From: Craspedostauros australis
Taxonomy: Eukaryota
Direction of reading: 5' to 3'
DNA length: 20,000 bases
Assembly (NCBI GenBank): GCA_030167865.1
Contig: JALAGF010001634.1
Location: 58,066-78,065 of the forward strand
The position numbers were made by a program, and so were the translations under genes. Below are positions 10,195 through 18,208 of this stretch, in pieces. The first letter of the stretch is position 1. Each line of letters opens with the position of its first letter. A model generated the notes under the pieces. That model worked only from the letters and a program-made list of their open reading frames with translations. It was not told the DNA's origin and did no database searches.

Positions 10195-12187
10195 CTAGTA
10201 CGCCGCGAGCAAGTTGTTGTTTGGCCCATTCTCTGCAGCCAAGTCTTCGATGGCATTCCAGCGATCAGACAGGACCTCAAGCTTGCGCTTGGCCTCTTCT
10301 TCGTCACGGAAGTATGCTGATGTGCACTTGTCGTAAAGCACGAGGTCGTACTCCATGTACATCTTGAGGACGTTCTGGGCCAGACCTTCAACGGTCGCGT
10401 TCCAATGACCGGACGAATTCTTGTACAGCGGGCCGTAAATCAGTGGCAGGACAGCCTGGGCGTTCAAACGAGACAAGCATCCCGAGTTGACAAGATGCTC
10501 GTTGTTCCAGAGAAAGAGGGCGCGTTCCACGACCTGGAAGTGATCGCTATCGAGGCAGCGCGCCAGATTGGTGAAGAGCATGTCCGAGACGAGCGCAAGC
10601 TGGTCGGCTCCCAGCAATTCCAGGATCTCCTCCAGCTCATTCAGGAACATGACCTGCTTTCCTGAGCAGGACCATGGCCAGCACTTGAAGAAGCCGTTCA
10701 AAATCGGGGTTGCGGTATCAGCATCCTTCTCGACGTATTGGATGATGCAGTAGGAGAGCTGCTGATGGTAGAGTGCAACGCACTTGGGCTTGTGCAGCGG
10801 GATGAGGGCGCGGACGAGGAACTGCAAGTGCTCCCGCTTGAGAGGGATGGCGAAGCCGTTGATAATCGATCCCAAAATCTCCAACAGCTCGCCGATTCCG
10901 TTGTGGCGCTCGGTCTCGTAGACGAAGCGGTAGAAGGCGTTGGAAATGGCTCGACGGATGAAGGATCGGTGCGACATGAACTTTCCATAAATGCGGTGCA
11001 GGATGGTTTTGAGGTAGTCACGTTCGCGTGGGTCCTCGCTGTCGAACAGCTCCACAAGCTGCAGGCAGAACTTCTGGTCGACGTACTTCTTGGCCACCTT
11101 GGCGTTGACCTCGGCGGAGACGACGAAGCGCAGGAAGAATTCGTAGGCAACCTGCAGGTGCGGCCAAGAGGGCTCCAGAACTGGCTCGTCCTCCTCGGGA
11201 TCGAAGTCGTCGGTTGCAGGTGGCAGTGCCCGGCACACGTTTGCGGACACCATGGGCATCAGGTCTCCCATGACGGACTCCGTGAAGATCTTCTGCCCGG
11301 CTGGAGTGTTGACGTAGTCCACGAGCTCCAGCAGAGTCTGGCGCTTCATGTCCTTGCCCCGCTTGTCCATGGTCGGATCGTCGAAGGAGAAGATGACGGA
11401 GCAGAGCTGGAGCTTCATGATGAAGAGCTCTTCCCGTCTGGCAGGGGGTGCATCTCGCAGAGCGGACAGCTCCTTGAGCGCGGTGCGGTCCAGGCCAGGC
11501 TGCTGCACCTGGATGCTGGTGGGGTCGTTGGACGCTGCCGCTGCTGCCGCGGTCATGGGTTGCGGGCGGTCCTGTTGCCGGTTCGAACTGCCGGGCATTC
11601 CTCCTGGAGCGTTCATGTTTTGGTTGGTCTGTGGCCGGTTGCGGGCACCTCTAGATGCAGCTGCTTTGTCTGCTGAGGGTGGTGGTGGAGGAGACGCCGC
11701 TTCTTCGTTCTGGGTTGATCCGATCCGATTTCGATTTCGATTTGGTATTGTATTGTTGCAGGTATCGATGGAGCGATTGATACGTGTGGCAATTGATATG
11801 GCAATTGATGTGGTTTAGAGGATGCAGGTAGCGCAAGAGAATGGACAAGAGTATTGATAACGTGGTGTGTGCGATGCAAGGCGGCGCAGCGTGGCAAGGT
11901 GGTCCGCAGATGGACAGTCACCAAACGACGGGAGAAGACAGATGGATTGGGCTCCGCTCGTGTTGTGACGAAGCTTGCCAAGGAACGAAAACCAAAGCCG
12001 TCTTTTTGTGTGCACATGTGCATGCGCGTGCACGCGTACACAAAGACCATCAGAAGGCTGGAGGCAAGGCACAGAGAAGCGACGCCAAACAAACGCCCAA
12101 GGCAGCAACCAGCACCCAGCGGCACGGACGATGTCATCAGTTGCTCACCTTTTTCTTGCTTGACGATCCTTTCCGACTAAATTTCAT
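10195..12187 (-). CDS. PPP2R5: Protein phosphatase 2A regulatory subunit B' (B56), about 517 aa; exons 12187-12149 and 11709-10195
   Basis: Canonical B56 motifs FDPEEDEPVLEPSWPHLQ, LFDSEDPRERDYLKTILHRIYGKF, HNGIGELLEILGSIINGFA and HFQVVERALFLWNNE. A predicted first exon MKFSRKGSSSKKK ends at AAG|GTGAGC and splices in phase 0 to CCCAG|AACGAA. The core 10195-11616 is secure; the first exon is inferred. Confidence 0.92.
11710..12148 (-). other. Predicted intron 1 of the B56 gene (439 nt)
   Basis: Donor GTGAGC and acceptor CCCAG on the minus strand, phase 0; the 31 codons between the acceptor and Met at 11616 are open. Confidence 0.7.
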
Positions 12188-12600
12188 GTTTAGGCGCGGG
12201 ATTTTGGGTGTTTCTTGCCGTAACAAAGATCACAAGAAGGCGGGGGCTTTCCTCGAGTTCGTGCTTTTGTTGCTGTCCGTGTTGGCGCTGTGTTTTTTTG
12301 GTTGGTGTGCCAACTGTGGATGGGTACGCACACCAGCAATCTCAAGGTCCTTGCGGTTGTTGTCCGGTGTTCAGCGTTCAGCTTTCGGCTTTCAGATCCC
12401 CCTGTCGGTGTCCTGATGAAGGTGGTTCTATACAGCACAGCGCGGTTGTGGCGATCTGGAAGGTACGCAGTTTTTGCGGAGCTCTGTGTCGAGACACGAC
12501 AGAACGGGTGCCGAGGAGGAGTTTCGGTGGGTTTGGCGCTTCGCTGCTCTCGCCATCGTCGCTGTCGTGGTGGCTGCTGGACAGTTGGTGGTGATGATCT

Positions 12601-12603
<3 letters not shown>

Positions 12604-12636
<33 letters not shown>
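12604..12636. repeat. (TGC)11 / CAG trinucleotide repeat
   Basis: Read directly; lies in the B56/heme oxygenase divergent intergenic region. Confidence 0.92.
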
Positions 12637-13141
12637 GTTGCTGTCTTGGTTCGCGTCAATGTCGCTGGGTGCTTGTTCTGCGCGGTCATTTTGGCCAAGA
12701 ACGTCGCGCTGCGCTGTGTTCCGATTGGGACTCATGCAGTACCAACATACGGGATACGCGGTCAAAATAGATTTCTTATCATTTGTGCTTGGAGAAACGA
12801 CAGGTTGAGTCCGGCGATTCAGCCGCACGCAGAGCTTCAAGAAGGGACTTTACGAGAACCAAGCCGAAGAAGAAACTGTGACACAACACGACCACGACAC
12901 GAGGCTGCCACGCATCTTCCTCATTCCAAGCGCATGTTCTGCCCAGAGACGGACGTGGCACGTTGCAACCATCGCATCGCGGTTGTTGCGTGTCATCGTT
13001 TGTCATCGTTTCTTGTTGTTGTCGAAACCGTTGCAATCGCAATCGGGGATCGTGTCCAAACGACAGAAGGGAGGACGAAGGCCACCCAGCTGCCACAACC
13101 TCGGCAAAAGGCAAACTGTTGTCGCAAAGGGAGAGCACTCC

Positions 13142-13163
13142 AGAGAGAGAGAGAGAGAGAGAG
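13142..13163. repeat. (AG)11 microsatellite
   Basis: Read directly; about 235 nt upstream of the heme oxygenase ATG. Confidence 0.92.
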
Positions 13164-13397
13164 CAGTGATTCAACCCATTATTATATATTCTACGAATAC
13201 AATCAAACAGTGCAGACAAAGCAGGGTTGAGTGGGATAGGATAGAATAGAATACCATCAATACAGGGTTTCGGCATTGAATACTCCGCACTTCCACGATC
13301 TACTCTCCTCGATCAAACACCCAGAAGCTTCGCGGAAACACAAAGGAAAACAGGAAGGATGAGTCCTTTGAGTACGAGTACGAGTGCGCGTAGCAAC

Positions 13398-15503
13398 ATG
13401 GAAGCCTCGAAGTGCCCATTCGCAAGGCAGGAGAAGGAGAAGAAGTCGCAGCAGCACCCGAACGAGAACCACACGGGGAGCGAAGAGATGGCTGGTGACG
13501 GCATTTCACCGCAAAGCGCCCCTCATGTATTCGGCTTCAACGATGAGGCACAGCGCCTTCAGCTGCGGAACGCCATTCAGAAATGCCCGGCATTCGCTGC
13601 TGCGGCTGCTGCGGTTGATAATGGCATTGATGCTACCCCCGCTGCCAGCAATGCAGCAACAACTCATCATGACGACACGCGCACCGACGGGACAATCGTA
13701 ACGTCCGCATCCACAGCAAGTGTCTCTGCCAGCGCAGGACCCACGAGCTGCCCTTTCGCGCAAGTCAAGACATCTGACGAGCTGCAGGACCTCATCGTCC
13801 GAGTGCCCGAGTCCCACTGGCAGCAGACGGAGTTCGTGCAATCGCTCCACGGCTTCCACAGCTCCATGCAGGTACACGCGCCACAGAACCAACAAAAAGA
13901 TCCCACACAAAAAGGCGACAACAATGACCAACAGCAACAACAACAACAACAACAACCTTCACGTGATAGCGTGAGCTCAAACGGAGGCCAGGACAACCTG
14001 TGGGGGTCTTGCCCAGTCAAGCAACGCCTCTCTGCCAAGTTCCAGCTGGGAGAAAATACATCCTTTTCTGAGCTGATGGACAGCTACTCCATGATGGGCA
14101 TCATGGCCAAATTGATTGAAGAGGATGCAAGGGTCCATGGTCGACGCAGCATTCTCAAGACCATCGAAAATAGCGACCACAGTGAAGGCAGCGAGTCCAG
14201 CTCGGCGGAATCGTATCTTAGCAACGATCCAGATGGCATGGTGACGGCAGCAGCAATAGCAACAGCAGCAGCAATGGCAACACCCTTGCAGGAAGCAATC
14301 CCCGTGAGCACCGCTCCACAGACCACCGTCGACGATGGAAAAGACGATGCGGGCAACCGTCAGCAGTCCTCGGCGACGAAATCCCAGCGCAGACTCTCGC
14401 AGGCATTGCAAACGGGAACCAAGCTCTCTCATGACCAGGCGGAGCAGGTCCATTTCGTCAAGAACTTTGTCCGTGGGAAGATTGACCGAGAATTGTACAC
14501 CCACTACGTGTGGGGCTTCTATCACGTCTACAAGAAACTCGAAGAGTGCTGCGATCTCCATGGTCCAACCCGCTTTCCGACTCTCCATTTCCCCAAAGAG
14601 CTTTACCGCACGAGCGCCCTGTACGAAGATGTCGACTTTTGGATCGGTTGGGGCGACGACGAAGATGCCGGTGACGACGGCGACGCCAACAACCTCCCCT
14701 TGCCAATCTCACCAGCCACAAGAGACTACATGGATAGACTGGATCATATTTCTCGAACCAACCCAATCTTGCTCCTCTCCCATGCATACACGCGATACCT
14801 CGGAGATCTCAGCGGTGGCAAAGTGCTCGCCAGGATCGCCAAACGCGCGCTGAAACTTGACAACGGCAAGGAAGGCCTGGCCTTCTACGAGTTCCAAAAC
14901 GTTCCAAGTTTCAAGGTGTTTAAGGACCACTACAGGGCCGCGTTGGATGAATTGGGCAAGGATTGCAGTTCACTTCCCGGCAGCCCAGAATCGCTGATCT
15001 CTGACTTCGTTCACGAAGCGAACATTGCGTTCGGGTTGAACGTGCGCATCTTTGAAGAATTGGATGTCGCCGGTGGTGTTGTCGGCGCGGCGGTGCGGCC
15101 ATTGAGGGAAGTATATGACATGGCGGACGAAGCCGTCAAGCAAGGCGATGGAAAGAGTGGCGGCGCCAAGGCAGACGAACAACAGACCGCAGAAGAAGCA
15201 GCGGAAGAGGCGGCAGCAGCCGAGTGCCCATTCTTGAAGCGCAAGTCGTCTGCTGATCCCCATGCACAGAGCCAACAGCAGCAGCAGCAGCAGCAGCAGA
15301 AGCAGAAGCAGCATCATCATCAACAAAGCACTCACAACCCAATTTCAAGCGAAAGTGAAGCCCAAATGAAAGGTCATTGTCCGTGGCCTTTTCTGTTGCT
15401 CCATGACCCAGCAGCAGGGCTGAAGAAATGGCAAACCTGGGTCGTGATCGGCTGGGCCTTGAGCATCTTTTACAGCCACATCATTGCCGAAAGTAGCAGG
15501 TAA
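13398..15503 (+). CDS. HMOX: Heme oxygenase (HO-1/HO-2 family) with long N- and C-terminal extensions, six Cys-Pro motifs and a hydrophobic C-terminal tail, about 701 aa
   Basis: HO core at about 14390-15065: LSQALQTGTKLSHDQAE (proximal His), LHFPKELYR..ALYED, SPATRDY, LLSHAYTRYLGDLSGG (distal helix) and GLAFYEF. Start chosen at 13398 (caacATGg context); the upstream in-frame ATG at 13359 is possible. Confidence 0.92.
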   Translation: MEASKCPFARQEKEKKSQQHPNENHTGSEEMAGDGISPQSAPHVFGFNDEAQRLQLRNAIQKCPAFAAAAAAVDNGIDATPAASNAATTHHDDTRTDGTIVTSASTASVSASAGPTSCPFAQVKTSDELQDLIVRVPESHWQQTEFVQSLHGFHSSMQVHAPQNQQKDPTQKGDNNDQQQQQQQQQPSRDSVSSNGGQDNLWGSCPVKQRLSAKFQLGENTSFSELMDSYSMMGIMAKLIEEDARVHGRRSILKTIENSDHSEGSESSSAESYLSNDPDGMVTAAAIATAAAMATPLQEAIPVSTAPQTTVDDGKDDAGNRQQSSATKSQRRLSQALQTGTKLSHDQAEQVHFVKNFVRGKIDRELYTHYVWGFYHVYKKLEECCDLHGPTRFPTLHFPKELYRTSALYEDVDFWIGWGDDEDAGDDGDANNLPLPISPATRDYMDRLDHISRTNPILLLSHAYTRYLGDLSGGKVLARIAKRALKLDNGKEGLAFYEFQNVPSFKVFKDHYRAALDELGKDCSSLPGSPESLISDFVHEANIAFGLNVRIFEELDVAGGVVGAAVRPLREVYDMADEAVKQGDGKSGGAKADEQQTAEEAAEEAAAAECPFLKRKSSADPHAQSQQQQQQQQQKQKQHHHQQSTHNPISSESEAQMKGHCPWPFLLLHDPAAGLKKWQTWVVIGWALSIFYSHIIAESSR

Positions 15504-15544
15504 AGCGCTCTAGAGTAAATATTATCAGATACGGACAACATCCA

Positions 15545-15564
15545 CTCTCTCTCTCTCTCTCTCT
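15545..15564. repeat. (CT)10 microsatellite
   Basis: Read directly; between the convergent heme oxygenase and M18 stop codons. Confidence 0.92.
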
Positions 15565-15582
15565 CCCCTTCTGTCCATCCCC

Positions 15583-17622
15583 CTACTGCTCGACGAGATC
15601 ATCAGCCTCACGGAAATGCTTGAAGAATGCCTTGAACAGGTCGAGGCCGTTCGTCAAGTCACACACTCCCATTGTCTCGCGGATGGAGTGCATGCTGAGC
15701 TGAGGACAGCCCATGTCGATGGCTCGGATGCCGGTGGCGGCGCTGATCAAGGGTCCGATCGTCGATCCGCACCCACAGTCTTGCCGCACGATGAACTCTT
15801 GCGGTTCCCTCAGACCAGCCTTGCGTGCGACCTCCCGCATCAGGACACCGGTCACGCCGTTGGTGGCATATCTTTGATTGGCATTCCGCTTGATCACCAT
15901 GCCGCCATTCATCTGGGGTTGGTGAGATTGCTCGTGCTTGGATGCGTAGTTTGGGTGCAGAGCGTGCGCCTGGTCGCTGCTGAGAACGAAGGAACGGTGG
16001 ATGGTCGCCTCGTATGCGTCCGCCATGGACCAGTGCGATGTGGCCTCTGCCGATCCTGGGTTCGACACCGACAAGGCAGACGAGACCCGCTGCACAGCTT
16101 CCTTGAGAATGGGCGAAGCTGCTCCAGTTGCGCTGGAGCTCCCAACCTCCTCGTGATCGTAAAGGACGATCATCGACACATCGGAGCTGGATCCTGACGC
16201 GTTCGTTTCATCGCTGACATGCTCGACAAGCGCCTGAACGGCCAAGAAGCAGCTGGCAAGGTTGTCCAATCTGGCAGAATGGATGAATTCGGAATGAACG
16301 CCACCGAGCGACGCCTTCTGGATGTCAAACAAATTCAGCTCGAAATCGACGATCTGGTCGCTCGGGATTTCCAATTCAGCCGCCAGCAGACGCAGCAACA
16401 ACGGCTCCTGGAAGTGCGACCATCCATCCTTCGCCTTATCTTCAACCGACTTGGAATCGCCGTCGGTTGATGACGGAGTGCCTTCTGCCAGCGCCTTTTG
16501 TGCCGCCATGGCGATGATAGGGGACAAATGATCCTCCTTGTTCGCTGCAAATCCCTCTCGTTCCTTCGCGGTCTGCAGATGGATTGCCAAGTTTGGAACG
16601 CGTAGCACAGCACGGTCGATCTTCACCAGCTTTTGCTCAATCCCTCCAGTTTCGGCGTTGCGAACAAGGACTCTGCCACTCAAACCCAGATCCCGATCAA
16701 ACCAGGTGTGCCACAGTCCACCGCCGTAACATTCTGCACCAATTTGAATAGTCTTGGCGGTTTTGCCAGATCTCTTGGATCTCGGCTTCACTTTCAAGTT
16801 GGGAGAATCGGTGTGCCCGCCGATGACATGGAATCCTCCCTTTCCTGGCGCAAAATCGTCTCCAACTGAAAAGGCCACTAATGTGGACTTATTCCTGGTG
16901 AAATAGTATCTTCCGCCTATGAATTTGACACAGCCGATTGATGGATCGAGGAGGGAGAGGTTAGACCGTGTTCAAGCATGGAGTATTATTGGTACGTAAG
17001 TTCCCCCGAGCCCAACGGAGTACGGCGCATTCGGCGGAACAGGTACTCTGCAAAACTCCCAGGAAGGGATCGACTTCGTTGTCATTCCTGTACGAATCTC
17101 GCATTCATGCGAGGTCAACAGTGAAACGGTAAGTACGAATAGAGTAGTGCTTTGCTGAGTGACAAATGTCCTCGGGAGTTCTCTACTCTGCAGATGTTGC
17201 ACGACGTTCGATCAACGACAATGCGAGAGCCCGCGATTCTCCACATTGCAGACGGAACCATCACAGCCAACAAGGAGGATCTATTCGCTGCGTTCGCGCC
17301 GTCCTGTACCGTCCCAAGACGCACCTGGTTGGATTTTTCCGGCGTAAGGCTCGAAGTCGTCCAGCTCTTCGAATCCTGCATCCTCCAGCATGTCAACCGA
17401 CGCTTTGACGCAATGGAATGGGTCAGGTGATGCATCCAGATAGGCCATTGCCTTGCCAGCCAACGGAAGGTGGTCTTTCGTCGTGGTCAAAGGTGGCATG
17501 GGATGGCCGGGACCGCCCTTGGTGCCGCTCGCAGCGCTGCTGCCAACTGCCATGCTTTGGCAACGCCGCGAGGCCGCAAGGACGGTGAGAGATAGCGCAA
17601 TGCAGGAGAGTCTCAGCTTCAT
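15583..17622 (-). CDS. DNPEP: M18 aspartyl aminopeptidase, about 543 aa; exons 17622-17325 and 16916-15583
   Basis: Motifs YLDASPDPFH, GGRYYFTRNKSTLVAF (across the junction), GGHTDSP, YGGGLWHTWFDRDL, RLDNL, DHEEVGS, DQAHALHPNY, NANQRYAT, CGSTIGP and LSMHSIRE. The intron GTGCGT..CTAAC..CATAG is phase 1 (G|GC); exons total 1632 nt. Confidence 0.94.
16917..17324 (-). other. Spliceosomal intron of the M18 peptidase gene (408 nt)
   Basis: Donor GTGCGT at 17324, branch CTAAC at about 16964-16960 and acceptor ATAG at 16917; splicing restores the conserved PGGRYYFTRN. Confidence 0.9.
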
Positions 17623-18208
17623 GTTGTTGGGTTCTGCTTGGACTGTGGTTGTGATTGTGAATGTGAATGTGAATGTGAATGTGATTGTGAACGTGATGTC
17701 CAATGTCCAACGTCCGATGTTTGATGAAGGATGAATGGGTGGCAGTCTGTGGCAGGAGGTGATGGGTGGAGATGTCTGGATCTGACGCACCATTCCATCA
17801 GACCTCGCACCGCTAAATCGAAGTAGCTCGTGGACACCAACACCAACAATGCAGGGTTCTCGTTCGCTTCTTTTGTGTTGTTGATGTGAGTTCCTGTTTT
17901 GCCAATTCGTTGTTGTTTGCGAAGCGAACCGACCACATCAACACCTCACAAAATGTCGACATCAACCGCCACAGCAACACCATCTCTGGCGACGACAGCG
18001 TCTCGCAACATTTCCAGACCAACGCAGACACCATGGCTTGGATGCCATGTTCGTCTCATTTCAAATCTTTTCTCTAGCCAGTCAAGTCCAACCATTCAAA
18101 GCGTCGAACCCATCGAAGCAAAGACCTTCTCCAAAGGCCAGACACAACAGTCCCCTCGTCCCAACACACGTACAATACGAGCACCATAGATCGTACACAT
18201 CGCCGACA
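17623..18208. promoter_or_regulatory. Probable bidirectional promoter/5' UTR region shared by the M18 peptidase and VIT1 genes
   Basis: 586 nt between two divergent start codons, with CA-rich leader-like sequence on each sense strand. No specific element identified. Confidence 0.5.
17651..17697. repeat. Imperfect (GTGAAT)n hexamer repeat, about 8 units
   Basis: gtgatt gtgaat x4 gtgatt gtgaac gtgat, just upstream of the M18 start codon. Confidence 0.88.

Noticed and set aside
10738-11676. 312-aa plus-strand ORF opposite B56, and similar ORFs opposite M18, HO and the STI1 gene
   Set aside because: Antisense shadows of well-supported genes.
12241-12256. GAGGAAAGCCCCCG on the minus strand, resembling the RNase P/MRP CR-I motif
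   Set aside because: No complementary CR-V (GGGGCT-type) partner was found downstream to form P4, and the region runs into the B56 first exon.
17060-17090. SECIS-like ATGA...AA...GA hairpin on the minus strand
   Set aside because: Helix II is far too short, it lies in an intron rather than a 3' UTR, and no gene in the window needs an in-frame TGA.
17129-17430. Plus-strand GTAAGT...CTGCAG|ATG suggesting an antisense spliced gene within the M18 locus
   Set aside because: The resulting peptide has no recognisable features and overlaps M18 exon 1; splice-like words of this length occur by chance.
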